From Stegostoma tigrinum (taxonomy: Eukaryota), in NCBI RefSeq assembly GCF_030684315.1, contig NC_081396.1:2108001-2172000 (forward strand): 64,000 nucleotides of DNA, given 5' to 3'. How positions within the stretch are numbered: position 1 is the first letter of the stretch; every line of letters starts with the position of its first letter. The notes beneath the pieces were generated by a model. It did no database searches. It worked only from the letters and a program-made list of their open reading frames with translations, and was not told the DNA's origin. The translations under genes and the position numbers were made by a program. Shown piece by piece: positions 25,087-39,009 of the stretch.

Positions 25087-28000
25087 TTTGTCAGCGACAG
25101 AAGTTACATGCTTTGCAGGTTTCAAACCTTTACAAATTGTCGTCATTGTGCTGTTCCCCAGGGCGCAGAGTCCACATATAAGGTAATTCCGATTTTTTTT
25201 GCGGCCACCACCCCAGGGGAGCCTCCCAAGCTGACAGTTCCCAGGAAGTCGTATTCTCAAGGAAAAGCCCAAGGCAATCGGGTTCCGCCATGCAGAGCAA
25301 GACTCCCATCTCAAGAAGCATGTGACAATTCGCCGTTGAGTTCGTGCTTGTTGGGGACAAGGGACTGTGAGGGGCCCAATGGTCCCAGCACCAAACGGTG
25401 CTGGCAGATTTGGATTAGCATTTATGAAGGTCCCGTTAAGGAGGAAAACGAATCCCTTTTTTAGCCTAGTAGCAGGTAACAGACTCACATATTTCTTGAT
25501 AGCTCCTCCAGGAGGATTGGCTCTTATATGGATGGAAGCTTGGGGAGTTAAATGGAAATTACCCGTTGTCTTTTTTTTATATTGTTGCTATTGCAATCCT
25601 CACAAGTCCACTGTATGCCCGGGGTCACAGTTATTGGCTTAGTTTCCAAGCAAGGGTAGTTCAACAATCCTCCTCTCGTGGTGCAATTTCTGTTTGTGCA
25701 CCGATGGGGCCAGGAAACATTTTGGGGGTGATTAGTAACTCGAGCATGCACACAACAAGTACCAGATCCATTAAAGCAAAACGGATAGCTGTTGGGACTT
25801 GAACAGTTAGCCCCGTCCTTCTCATGCCCAGGTCTCGTGTCCCCACAACCAGAGAGACCACTAACGACCAGTTTCACACATGTACCCTGCACACCCCTCG
25901 TCCAAGTTCCCCTCTCCCTTCTGCAAGGCTTACTGGAATACTCTCCTTCATAAAGCTGAGCTTTAGAGTTCCAGGCAGGTGTTGCAACAAATACCACTTC
26001 TCCGGACCGTGCTAGTGGGTAATATGCTGTCCGATTCCCGTGCAGCTGGACGTGTGTTCTATAAAACAGATTGTTCTGCTGGCCATGCATGGGCAGAATA
26101 ACATTCAGTCCAAAGGTTAACCGCACGCTGATGAGGAAATCCATCATTTACAGTCACTTAGGTGGATCCAGCTATTCTGTCCGTCATCTTGAAGAGCGGT
26201 TGGAGTCTGAAGAAGCACATTGGGACAGTCCTTTCCACCTTTGTCCAAGCTTGGAACGACCCCAGTCCCAGACAAGTACAAAATCTCCGATCTGCGGCCA
26301 CAAAGATTGATCCTGAATCTCGAGGTATTGTTCCAGTGTCTGTGAAGGTGGTCTGAAGGTGCATTTCACCTGCGAATGGAGAAACTTTAAAGATGATGTT
26401 AGTTGTCGGAAGTATCTTTGCACTTCTTCTCCCATCACATTGAGGTTAATTTGGGTGGGTGGGCTGACATTGGCCTCCCATGGTGTTCTGCTGGGTCGGC
26501 CATAGACTATTTCCGCTGCTGAGAACCCGGTAGTAGAGTGGTGTGCTATTCGCATGTGATACAAGGCTCGTGGAAAATCCTTTAACCAATTAAGGCCGGT
26601 TTCTGATGTCGACGTGGTCAGTTTAGTTTTAATTGTTCCATTAGCTCTTTCCACTATCCCTGCTGCCCGAGGGTGGGAGGCACAGTCGAATTGTTGTTGA
26701 ATGAGTAATCAGGAACATAGTTCCTGATTAATTTTCCCGAGAAAGTGAGGGCCGTTGTCCCAACTAATTTGTTGCGGTACTCCAAACCTTGCTATTACTT
26801 CGGTAAACAACAGTTTTACTACTGTTGAGGCTTTGTTGTTTGTCATTGGTAAAGCCTCTGTCCATCTCCTGAATCCATCTGCAAGGACAAGACAATATTT
26901 ATAACAGTTTACGCGCGGCAGTTCAATAAAATCTAGCTGAATGCATTCAAAAGGTTCACCTGCAAGGGTGATTTTCAACGTGAGGATCTCACCCCCTGAC
27001 CCACATTGTTTTGCTGGCATGTGGGACAAGATACTCTCCGAGATTGTGCTGCCTCAGTCAGTCTGGGGTTCCAGCAGTACGGAGCATAATACCACTCATT
27101 CCATCCTTGACAAGGTGGGTGTCAGAATGCAGACAGTCAACAAGCATAGGTAATAAAGTATCAGATACACACACTTGGCCGACTGGGGTAACCCAAAGGC
27201 CAGCGGACGCAAAATGCAAATATCCATGCGCCTTCCAAATATTCTTTTCAGAAGCAGGGGCGTCCCCCTGTAAGTGCCGAACAGTGACCATATCTGACAT
27301 GACCGTCTTGTCTGAAGTCGTGTGATGTACCACCAGCTTAGTCATAGAGAATATAATAAAGGTTTGGTCTGCAGCAGACTGTTTAGTAGCCCGATCTGCG
27401 CGAGCGTTGCCCCAAGTGACTCTAGAATCAACAAAGGCATGGGCCGTGCATTTGATCATAGCCAATTGTTTCGGGAGGAGGATTGCCTGAAGGTTTTTAA
27501 CAGACAGGGAATTGTGGATGGGTGTACCTGACGACGTTACAAATCCACACTGGGTCCGGAGAGGGGAGTGGGGCATCAGAAAGGTCCGGGCAGGGAGAGG
27601 TCAGGAATTGGTTCCTCAGCAGGCAGTCATGTGGACGTTCGCTCAGAAATGCTGCTGGGTTAATAGTGGAGCAGGAAGCGATAAGGAACAAATCGCAGGG
27701 AGAATCTGGGAACAAGGAGGATAATGCCTGAGCTACAGTGTCCAGACGAGTGGAGTATTCGGCAACTAGTTGTTATAATTCAAGTTTAAAGGGCCTATTG
27801 TCACCCTATCAGTGTCGGTATGATGTCTGTGCGTGTGTAAGTGATGGGAGGACCACAAGGTGTAGGACAGCCTCAATACCCACTCCACAAGATGATTGCT
27901 ATCAGATAGGAGTAAGGGCAACAGGGTGAATACACAGGAGGAACCTCTGCTCTGTGTCATGTCTCATTTGCACAGTGTCACAATATCCCATTTACCAAAC

Positions 28001-30000
28001 TGAACCAGGGAGGCAGTATGGGCACTAACATTGCAATGGTGTCCGGAACGGAGAGAGACAGGGGCAGGAGGGGAAGAAAACTCTCGTTTGTTGAAAAAAT
28101 TACCAAGCAAGAGTTGGATTTATACATGCTCAAAATAAATTAACCAAATTTACCATACACAAAAATCAGAAATTCTTGGGTAAAAAAATTAATTAATGTT
28201 GCAGGTGGGCCCTAGGACCCAGCGGAGCCACAGCTGTCGGAGAAACCTCAAGTTTCAGGACGTGTCGATTACCTGGAGATGTGGTTGTGAATTTCAAAAC
28301 AGTCGCGTGTGCCATTGATAGAACGGCGCTATCCTGCCTTAAAGCACGGGCGGGGGGCAGAATTTCATGGTGCTGCAGATCTCGAATGGTTTCTGGTACA
28401 GTAAACAGGTATTGGTGGGTCGAGTAGGCTGGAACCGAGACTAATGTTTTCCCGGGCTTCTCTTATGGGTTTTAAAAGGATCCTGTCGTCCCTCTTTTTG
28501 TTCACGACCGGTCTGGTCTGCGTCATGTTTGTCTGTTCAGTTTTGGATCGGGTACGACAGGAGATAGGGTCTGCACAAGTTTGTCGGGGGATTCATGTGG
28601 GCTGACTACTGAAGGGCTTGGGGATTCTATAGGAGGTTTGGTTTGGTCAGCGTACGGCGGCGGTTGCTGGGACTGATGGCAGTGTTGGGGTGCCTGCAGA
28701 TGTAGATTGGCCAAGGGCGGTTAGGATTGTGGAGGGTGTAGTGGTCCCGATGGGAAAGAGGGGTCCTTCCTCAGGCGTCCTCGTCTTGTTCATCTGTGTC
28801 ATAAATTTGGAACAAGATCGGCATGCCAGATATGTCAGGAGGTACCTCCATTTTTATTTTGTTTTCTGCCTACCGCTCTAGCCCCCGTTCTTTGTCTCGT
28901 TGTTCTTTCTCCTGCCTTTCTTGGGTAACACTTTCCCTTTCATTATCTCATGATCCTCACACTGCAGTTTTAAAGTTTCCCCTCATCATCACAGGCACTG
29001 ATCCCTCTCCAAATGGCCAGTTTTGATTTGTCAGTCAGCTCCTCAGCTCTCTTTCCCAAAAATGACATTAACCCTTTCCATCTCCTCCCTGTATGGCATG
29101 TCCATCGTGCTTCTTCTGCTTTAGTACATAAATCTATATCCCACGTTGCCCCCATTGGCCAATTATCATTTCCCAATTTTTTGTATAAGCATGCTGACAG
29201 ACGTCTGTACTCTACTTCATTTTTGGGGTCACCCTGGCATAACCGATGTAAAGGACTGCCGACACACTACTTATCCAGTGTTTGTCCAATTTTTGCCTTT
29301 TGCTGTTCTTTTTTATTTCTTAGCACTTTCACTTTTTACTATCTCTATATACTGCAGCAGAGTCCTTTGTCTCAACACCCACTTCAGTGTCCTGACCTAC
29401 ACGTGGGGTATTTGTCCTCTTAACAACTGGTCTAAGCCAGGGTGGTTGAAACAGACAGACACTGTAACTACTCTATACCTCCGTCTTCTACTAACCCCAC
29501 TCCCTTTTCCCTCTTGCCCGACACAGGGTTCACCACCCCCCCACCCCCCGACCCCGGTCACCAGGGGAAATCTATCCTCCGGGATTTTAAAAATTACCAG
29601 TTATCTGACGTGAGGACTCTAACCCCGGCCACCGGGGGATTCTAACCTCCCGGATTTATTTACTCAGTTATCTGCCCTGGGGGCTCTAACCCCGGCCACT
29701 CGGAGACTCTAACCTCCCGGATTTCTTGAAACAGTTCCACCGGGGTCTCGAACCTCCCGGATTTCTTTACTCACCTGGGGACTCGAACTTCCAGGCTTTA
29801 CTGATTTAGCAGTCATCCAAGACCATGAGTTGTCTCGGGTTCCATCAGTACAGAGCCACGCAGGGGCAAGGAGTCGCACGGGTGGCAGGTTAGTGAGAGA
29901 GACCAAGGTGAATCGTACCTTGCGGGCCCATCCGTCTCACTGCACCGACACGCGAACGATCACTTATTCAGCCCTCCACGTGATACTGCTGTACATTTTG

Positions 30001-30020
30001 GAACCCTGCTCGTTGCGCCA
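30001..30020 (-). promoter_or_regulatory. Primer binding site complementary to tRNA-Ser(UGA)
   Basis: Plus strand gaaccctgctcgttgcgcca versus the vertebrate tRNA-Ser(TGA) 3' end GAACCCTGCTCGCTGCGCCA (from memory, 1 mismatch); 2 nt from the LTR end. Confidence 0.85.
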
Positions 30021-30022
30021 AA

Positions 30023-30434
30023 TGTCAAGTTCGTTTTCGGAGACCCTCATGGACTTGCTGCAAAAACAAGACACTGACCTGTTTAGAAAAAAACACAAAT
30101 CATTTTATTGCCAAGCAAGTACCAGCTGTGGAGAATCACTGTACTTCACCCGGCACAGGGTGCAGAGTCTCGCAAATAATTCTCCCTGACTAGCGGACAG
30201 TCCTCGCTTTTCATACTTTACAAAAGACATGATACATAAAACAATCACGACAACAGACAAAAACAGGATACCAAACAATTATTACATCAACAACATAAAA
30301 GACCAGGATACAGTATCGATTGCTCATGAAGTAGCTGCTAATGGCAGGAGGCGATTTCGAGTTGTTGTCGGGGACAGATTGTGATTTCAAGTTGCCAGTG
30401 TGTCTGGCTAGTACAAAGTCAGTGCCCTGTCCCC
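30023..30434 (-). repeat. ERV 5' LTR, probably truncated on the U3 side
   Basis: Adjacent to the PBS; similarity to the other LTR stops at gtgccctgtcccc. Confidence 0.9.
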
Positions 30435-32194
30435 AATGATATTGAACTGTTGGCGAAATTCAGCATGAATCTGTAGAACACCTTTCAAAGGACAGTCATT
30501 GGAATTGGAACATTTCATGTTTCTGTCTTTATTATCCTGCCATTGTCGTTGTTCTCTCCAACATCTCTTGGTTTAATAAACGTCTGGAATGATTCCTGGT
30601 TATTTATATGATAGAAACTAAGCGCAGCCGAATCTTTCTGCTATGGATTGGGATTACCTTTAAAACACTTAAAATCACAAGGATTTCATTATTATAACCA
30701 GAACAAGTTTTAGCAGGGGTTTAACGAGAACATTAAGAAAGACTAAGCAAAGTTACAAATTGTAAAGAAAAAAAAACAGACATGAGGGCATTCACATTAG
30801 ATCAAATACCATTAAATAGTGATAAAGAGAGGAATGAGGCTCCTTCAGAATGAACAGCGACTGCCACAATCATTGGTCCCGACTGCAGAGGTGGAGAGCA
30901 ATGATGTTTCACTGGACTGACCGTTGGACTGGTCGGATTGTCCCGAGGGAGGTCACGGGCTCTACTCTCTGCAGTTTAAAAAAGCGGGGAATGAACGCAT
31001 CACACAGAGAAATTCTCTCTCGGGTTCAACTGAAACAATCGTCAGAAAAGGCTGTTGCAGAAATTCTTTCTTTATCTCTGTGAGAAATTTTGTTTGTCAT
31101 CTAAGTATTCTCACTGGACTATATCATCTTTTAATCCAGTCCTCAGTTCCAAGACTGAATGAAGCCACCAGGTCAGCTGATCATTTTTCTTGATCAGACG
31201 TTTGACCAAGTTCCCACGAGCTGCTCAGCAGTAAGTCATCACCAGCAAGTTTGAAGTAACGTAAGGATGGGGCATGGCAGGAGAAAGAGAAAGTGGTAGT
31301 GGGGATCGTGGATTCAGAGAGGTTGGTATCGGTTATTCTAGCATGTCAGATCCACATTCTTTGTGAAACGAATTTCTCAAATAGAATCGCTTAAGGATGG
31401 CTGCAGGGATCACTGACAGAACACGTCGCCATCTTCAGCCCCATTGCTGCGTATTGGGAAAATGTGGGAGTGGTTTGCAAAACCAGCTGACAGAGCTGGT
31501 GAAATGACATACCACTGCAAAAACCTGAACATGGAGGGGTTTACTGCAAACTGATTGAGCTCTTCAAATACCTCAGCATCGTGGAATTGCTGAGTGTGAC
31601 ACCGAGCACAGAAGGATTTGAAAATGAAACTGAGCGGAATGGGAATGAAAACCACAGTGACTAGGAGTACGTATATGTTATGCAAAAAGCTGACCATCCT
31701 GAGGATTACATACACAGTGATACAGAGCACAGAGAAGGAGCTAAACGAAATCATAGTTTCAGACGTTTGTCGAGCTTGACTCTGAGCCCAAGGTTGGGGT
31801 GGGATAAGAAGGATGATTTGTCGCCATGATCTGCTCAATTTAATGGTATTTATAAATTTTATCAATGCAGACCTTATGGAGGAAATATGTTGTTCACTGG
31901 AAGAATCCTAGTCATCACATAACCCAGCGTTTGTGTAACCTGCTGCATCGTTGCACACTGTCCCTGGAAAATCAATCAGTCAAGGAGATCGCATGCTTTA
32001 TTTGGCACAAAAGGTGGATTCATCAATAACTTGTGTCTTCTAATACGACAAGTATTGTAAGAGGGAAAGTGTGTGTTTGGACTATAGCAAACCGCAAGGG
32101 TCAGGGACTGATTAATTTCCACATTCATTGGGGTCAGGGAGGTCGTGGACATGCAAAGTGAATAACATGCCTCAGTGTTGTATGTGCATGTACA

Positions 32195-33960
32195 ATATAC
32201 AAAAGTACAAAACAGAATGGGCCTTTCGGCCCACGACGTTGCATCAAACATAACTCAAAATGAAACATTCATTTCTCCCGACCACTGGTCGACATCGCTC
32301 CATTCAATGCATATTCATATGCTAATCAAACAAAATCCCCTGGTTGTCATTACATTATCTGTCTCATCTACCACCCCTGGTATTGTGTTCCAGACTCCTA
32401 TAACCCTCAAAGAAAATGCCTCTCGCATCTGCATTGAACTCTCTCCTCTCATCTCAATGCCTCCCGGTGTTATATATTTTAACTCTGAGAAATAGATTCT
32501 GGTCTTCAACCTGATCTATGCATCTCATAATTTTGAAGACTTTTATCGAGTCGCCCCTCAAGATTCTGCACTCAAGAGAAATCAAGCCCAGTTTGCTCTA
32601 GCTTCTCCTTATTACTCATTCTCTCTCATGCAATAGCATCATGGTGAGCCTCTTCTGCACTCTCTGCAAAGCATGCACACCCGGTCTGCAATGTGAACAC
32701 GAGAATAGAATGCAATAAGCGCCCAAAACAATGTCTTACAAAGTTGCAACATGTCATCCTGACTCTTCGATCAATTTCCCAGACCAATAAAGGCAAGCAT
32801 GCCACGTACCTTCTTTACCACCATATCTATTTGCGTGGCCACTTTTCGCAGGCGAGAAACTTGAAATCCAAGTTCGTTCTGTAGACAAACGTTGTTCAGA
32901 GTCCTGCCACTAACTGTGTACTATTCCTCAACATTTGTTCTTACAAACTACAAAACTTCACATCCACCAGATAAAACTCCATTTGCCATTTCCCTTCCCA
33001 AATCTGCAAATGATATATATTCTGCTGAATCCTTTGACAAATTCTACACTGTACACAATTCCAACGGTCTTTGTATTACGTGCAAACTGACGAACCCACA
33101 CCCACCATTAGTTTCGTCTCAGTTCTTTAGCTAATACATTTATGTACATAATATATAACTCATACAATACATCTACATTTAAATCTAAGTCATTTAAATA
33201 TATTACAAACAGCAGATGTCCCACTGTGGATCACCACACAATACTAATCGTCACTGGCCTCCAAACTGAAAAATATTCTTCCAAATCTACACTGCCCTGA
33301 CAATGGGCAAGCCTATTGCGAATTCAAGTGAACGTTCATCTGAATTTCCTTTACAACAACTGCATGAGTGACCTTTTTGATAGCCTTAACAAAATCCATG
33401 CTCCATCCACTGCTCTAACTTTATCGATCACCTTTGTCACCTCTTCGAAAAAATCACTTCAGATGTGACCTGCCCTGCCCATAGTCATGCTGATTGCCCC
33501 TAATTCCACCATTTTTTTTTGCCAAATGTGTTTAAGCCCTATCCGTTAGAATTTTCTCCAATATCTTTTCAAACACCAATGTGAGACACTCTGGTCTGCA
33601 GTTTCCGGGATTATCTTTCAACCATTCTATGACAGAGAACCAATATTAGCTCATCTCCAGTAATATGGGGCCTCTCCATTGGCTATCAAGTATACACCGA
33701 TCGTAGTTTAGGTCCCTGAAATCTGTTTTTGCCTCTTTAACAGTCTGCAGCAGATATTGTTGGACCCTGGGGACTTAACTAACTTACAGCTCTTCAAGAT
33801 AATCAACACCACATCTTTCTTGATCACAAAATGTCCTGGCATAGGAGTATGTTTCACACTCTCAATGTCCTTCTCCTGGATGAATACGGATGCAAAGCAC
33901 ATATTTATGATCTCACCCAAATTCTCTGTCTCCGTACACAACTTCCGTCTTTTATCCTTG
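32195..33960 (-). mobile_element. Degenerate CR1 LINE with internal deletions
   Basis: GEIINMCFASVF..EKD, KSPGSNNI..RLLK and FSLRVIGVWN.IP on -; tail aacagaatgggcctttcggccc on +. Confidence 0.8.
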
Positions 33961-36397
33961 AGTGGTGTTGGATTCTCTGACTGTGTCTATAGGATGAATT
34001 CGGATTATTTTTAACACGACTTATCAACACGAAATCTTGATTTTAATTGTTGTTTCTAGTCTTTTCTTTAAGAAAGATAAATCCAAACAAATATTCCAAC
34101 ATCAGTGACACATCTGGTTTTCGAATCCATATTTCCAAATGTGGTCCATGTGCATTCTATCACTGGTCCAGGAAGCTCCGAGCCCAGCTAATTCTGAACT
34201 TTATATTACACTCAATCTTCTGAACATGCACAAACAATTTGCTGATTTTGACAGCACCAATATTTATATGTCACATATAATCCTGCATTCCTTGCTCAAT
34301 CCTGTTGTTTGCCTGTTCGACCCACTTCAGGTGTCAGTGGTTCTCTTCTGTTGAAATGTAATTGGTATATAATTATATTTCTCTTAAAATATCCGCCTAT
34401 TCGTTTAGTAATAATTGACGTGGAGACACTCATAAGTATGTTTTTTTTAATTCATTGCACTTAAGCTATACATCATTTAAAATATTTTTATTCAATCACT
34501 TCCTGGTTCTGCATATTCAGAGAAGAGAGTTCCAAACTGTTCAGACGCTTTCAGGATACTAATGTTTGCTGGAAACTCTTTCAGCCACAGCCTACACCAT
34601 CGTAGATCATGTATGATCATGTAAAAATTGGAAGCTCCGAAGGACATTCTGCCCCCAAGCCGGCTCTGCCATTGTGTATAATGGTGCCTGATACTCCCAT
34701 TGCTGATTGAATATACCGATTTGCCCGGGTGAGGAACTGTTCAAAAATGCACAAGTAATTCGATATCTTCTAGAAAATCGGGCAGATTGTTACGCAATGA
34801 ATCTAGAAACGTTCACTCTCTGCATAATAGATACTCAATAGCAGAAGTATGGACCGTCTACAGGATGCACTGCGTAAACATATAAAACTGGAACACGGCT
34901 GAAAATCTCCGAGCATATCAACAAATTTTGTTTATTGTAGGAACAAACGATAATTATTTGAATAGCAGAAGTGGTTCCGTTTTAGTAAGTCACCAGTCTT
35001 TTTGATACTTTGCTTATGCGTGTCACCTTGATACATGATTACATCTGTGCCTCCAATAGTGTTTTCCCAGGTAAGTGCTACTTTACAAGCAGTATCTCCT
35101 TCGCTGCGAAGTTTTCTTATTGGAGCTAAATATAATGTCAGCTTTAGCACTTTGAATGGGGCCCGATCCCGTACTCTATCTAACTTCTTATGCATATAAC
35201 TGCGCTTTTTCTCTTAATGTTTCACCAGCTCATGATTCCCACGGGTCGAGTCGGTGCCCCCTGAAACAACACAATGATCACGCAATTAATAAATGATCAA
35301 GATCCTATTAATGTCTGCATAACAATTGATTCTAATTGCACTGATTGCCGAATCTGATCCTGTCTCTGTGTGCATTATACCTTGTGGATTTCTGCAGTTA
35401 TAACTGAATTTAGAACTATTTATTTCATGAGACTGGACACTGAACCAGCTGGCACGATGATAGCTGTGTCATTGGTTGTGCTGAACTTCGCTTCACCAAT
35501 TGTCTTTTTCTTTTTGTTGATATTACGTACACTCTGTCTCTGTTAACAATAAGCCACAACATGTCTCTGCTTCTTTTGAACCAGAATACATCTGAGTTGT
35601 TGTTTCTCTCGGCTGTGTCAATGGCATTAATTGTTACTGAAATGTTACAGACCTCTTTTGACGTTTCGCAAATTGTGTCCTTGTGCACATTCCAGATGAT
35701 TTTATCCCATTTGCTACTGCACCAGATGATGAATATTTCTGCAATACATGAAACAAGCTTATGTTGCAGTATTAAATATTGACACCGGTCAACTATTCCT
35801 GCTACAGAAGCTCTGAACAGAAGCTTCACCACTTGCATGGCCTTCCTGCACTTCCGATTGATCTCCTCAAATGAAGGATATTTTTCAGGCTCACATTGGT
35901 CAAAGTTTGCACCTGAGAGTCACCTCCACGTTCAACTGAAATTTTATGGAATTGTTTGAGCAGTTTCTTCGCATTTGGCACTGGAACATAAATTAATAAA
36001 CACAAAGGATGAAGCACATTGACGCTGAAAATAGAGATTAAACTGAGAAATAAGATAAATGAGAATTGGGGAAGAAAAAGTTCTTATGATGGGGACCCTG
36101 TTCAATGTTTTCCATTGGTGGATTTAATTGACAAAGACTGAAAGTCATGTTCTGGGAAGTTGGACGAACAAAGAAATTACAACGAGATTGCCAAAAAAAT
36201 GAAATATAATCATTTATTTTCGTGGAAGGCAAGAAGTAGTGAATTAATCTGCTTGTGCAGCGAAATGTCAGTAAGAAGCTTGTTGTGTCTTAATTGTCCC
36301 TCAAGAGATTATCGCTCAAAATAATTGAGGGCCCATTTGAAAGTGCCACAGAGGAAACTTCCACAGCAACAACAGCTCCTACAGTTTATGAAAGACG

Positions 36398-38688
36398 ATG
36401 CACGAACCAGTCATTGCCCCCTTCTTTGTCATTTGTTGTTTAATTCTCGCTGTGTTTGGTGCCCCTGGTAACGCACTCATGCTTCAGAAAATTATTTTTG
36501 TAATTGTGTATTTCCAGAAATATATTCTTTCCCTTTCAGGATTTGGCAGAATTTTTGCAACATGCAGCATTTCCAGTTTAAGGGAATCCAACTGGTCTCC
36601 AGTGTGTATAATAGTTTATGGGACACTATCTGAGCTGTGGCAATTCATCGTGTATTACTGAAAATTTGATTTTTATGAAAGCCAATGCGTTCTTGAATGT
36701 CAAATGTTCTGTGCTTACAAAAAAAATAGTCTCTTATACGCTGAATGACGAATTGTGATGATTGAGCATGCATGATTATTAAGCTGCACTATTGCCATAT
36801 CCCAAATTGCATTCCAATTGAGCAAAATGAAACTTGGCGTTGTAGTCCATTGTAGGATTAATAGTTTATCAGAATGCAGCAAAATCTCGTTCTGACCATG
36901 TATCATATCTGGAGTTCCCAATAATCGTGGCATTGTTCATGTCATTTTCGGAATAACTTAGATGTTCGTTTAAAAGTGTGAATATGCAAAATTTTCAAGC
37001 TCTCATTAATTGGCTCCTCTATTACAAGGTCCCCCATATTTGACATAATTATATTTTTGAAATACAATTACCCAGAAAAAATTGCTTCAGAATTATTCGG
37101 AGCAGCAATTGCACATCCTATCACAGCATGTCACTTTATGTTGCAAATATCACAGGAAAATTAGTGAACAAGTTTAATCCGAAGACGAATGAGATATTGC
37201 GAAACAAAAGTTCTAAAAGGGACTTCTGAAAGAAGGGGACAGAAGTAGAACCGCTGAGTGGAGAACTCCAGTGATTTGGGCTTTACTAGTTAATCTGTTC
37301 CTGACAGAGTTGAAAGTATCAATGAGAGCGATGCACGGGAGACATCAGCACAGTTAAGAATAGAATTCAGGCAGTTGTATGATGGTGCAGGAACATATGT
37401 GGAGAGAATCTGGAGCATGTGAAAACTCAAAGGACCAGATTGGTCATCGCTAATGAGGATGCAACGTTCATGAAGGTTTGTGGGTGACAGTATATCTGGG
37501 GCTTCAAATAAATAGGTTCATGAGCACCACATTATTCCATTCATTCTAAGGTAAGAAGTTGGTTCAGGAAATTTTCTAAGTGATGAAACAGCGATGTCAA
37601 TTCTTGTGACTTATTGCATTGATAGAGTTTTGACGCTACATTGGATGTCAATCACTTGTCAGTTTTTCCACAACAGGCAGAGACTTGAAGTGGCAGGGGG
37701 TTGGTTGAAAATTGTTTCATAAAAGATTGTATGAAGGATGTTTGGAACCAGTTCCACAATGTCTTTCTCTTTTGATCTCTCACAGCCAACTTGCTTGCTG
37801 TCATAATCCTATCTCGAGGACGATGCGGTCTTTCCCAATGCATCACTTTCTACCTGGTGGCGATTGCAGTCACTGATTTTCTTGTCATCATCACTGCAGT
37901 AATCTTCAACCGAATCAGCCGCATGTACTTCCGAGAAAGTGTTTTGTCCACCACTCCTGCGTGCACTTTCAGCGTTTTGCTGGCCTATATCATTCGGGAT
38001 TGCTCAGTCTGGCTGACTGTCGCCTTTACCATTGACCGTTCAGTGGCCATCTGCTTCCAGAATTTGAAGACCAGATACTGGACAGAGAAAACTGCATCTT
38101 TGGTCATCGGAATAATCTCTGCCCTGTGTTGCATCAAGAACATCCCATTCTACTTTATCTATGAACCCTTATACATCTTCGATGAGGTGTCCTGGTTTTG
38201 CAATGTAAAAGCCATCTTCTATATTTGGCCAGCTTGGCAGGCTTATGATTGGTTCTTCCAGATCTAAACTACTTTTCTCCCATTCTTTGTCATTCTGATG
38301 CTTAATACCCTGACGATGAAACAAATCCTAGCAGCCAACAGAGCTCGCAGGAGACTCCAAGGTGCAGAGATGCAACAAGTCCCAAAGATGGCCAACCGCA
38401 GGAGGTCTATTACTCTTCTGTTCACCATCTCTCTCAGCTTCCTCCTACTGTGGGCACCTCTTGTCGGGCATTTCATTTTTACACAGCTTAAAGCGAAGAG
38501 CTACTTTGGTGGTCTGAATTTCAGTGATCCGCAGTATATCTTCCAAGAGATGACCAACGCTTCTTCAGTTACTAAGTTCCTGCAACAACGTCTTTATTGA
38601 TGCAATCTCTCAGAATACGTTTCGACAGGAGCTAAAGATCATTCTGATATACCCCTTTGTCATCCTCATCAATTGTTTTAAGCAGTGA
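36398..38688 (+). pseudogene. GPR139-like GPCR, copy B: exon 1 36398-36467, exon 2 37786-38688; TAA at 38265-38267 and a +1 frameshift near 38559
   Basis: MHEPVIAPFFVICCLILAVFGAP-g|gtaac splices in phase 1 to cacag|cc aac ttg, giving GAPANLLAVIILSRGRCGLS (TM1). Confidence 0.88.
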
Positions 38689-39009
38689 GAGGAGAAATTG
38701 CAATAGAGAGAGTGCATGAAGCTGAACGTAGATAAAGACCAAAGTACGCTATCAGAAGCTGATAAGATGCCACTGACTGATGCGAAACCAACACAGGCGA
38801 TTGTTTAATACGAGATGATTGGCACTAATACAGAAAACTACCAGAAGATAGAGATGCACAGCCAGAGACATACACAGAAACCCGGGCTCCACGGTATACC
38901 CTAAGTGGGCAGATACAGTTCTATTTCATCACATAGACTGTTCGAGGATTCTTTCAGCATTACATTGACAGTTTAAAACCATAATCGTCAGAAAGCACGT
39001 ATTTATGTC

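Larger units (their letters stand above)
24641..30434 (-). mobile_element. Deleted class I (gamma/epsilon-like) endogenous retrovirus
   Basis: Paired LTR segments 24641-25086 and 30023-30434. Integrase IQLDFIELP...WTEALP...RFGVPQQISWDNGPHF and ERANGTIKTKL (26184-27029); RNase H KCTAH...GNARAD (27058-27576); gag-like WPMGATWD; env SU remnants ending RTQRR (~25330). No RT core visible. Confidence 0.92.

Noticed and set aside
35016-35070. ATG...ccag|gtaag phase-1 mini-exon as an orphan leader or GPCR exon 1
   Set aside because: Poorly hydrophobic, and no matching downstream exon was found.
35243-35260. cgagtcggtgc resembling the end of an sgRNA/tracrRNA scaffold
   Set aside because: An 11-nt chance match in vertebrate DNA, with no array or cas genes.
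35425-35838. 137-aa minus-strand ORF as an Ig domain
   Set aside because: No correct Cys/Trp spacing, splice sites or RSS.
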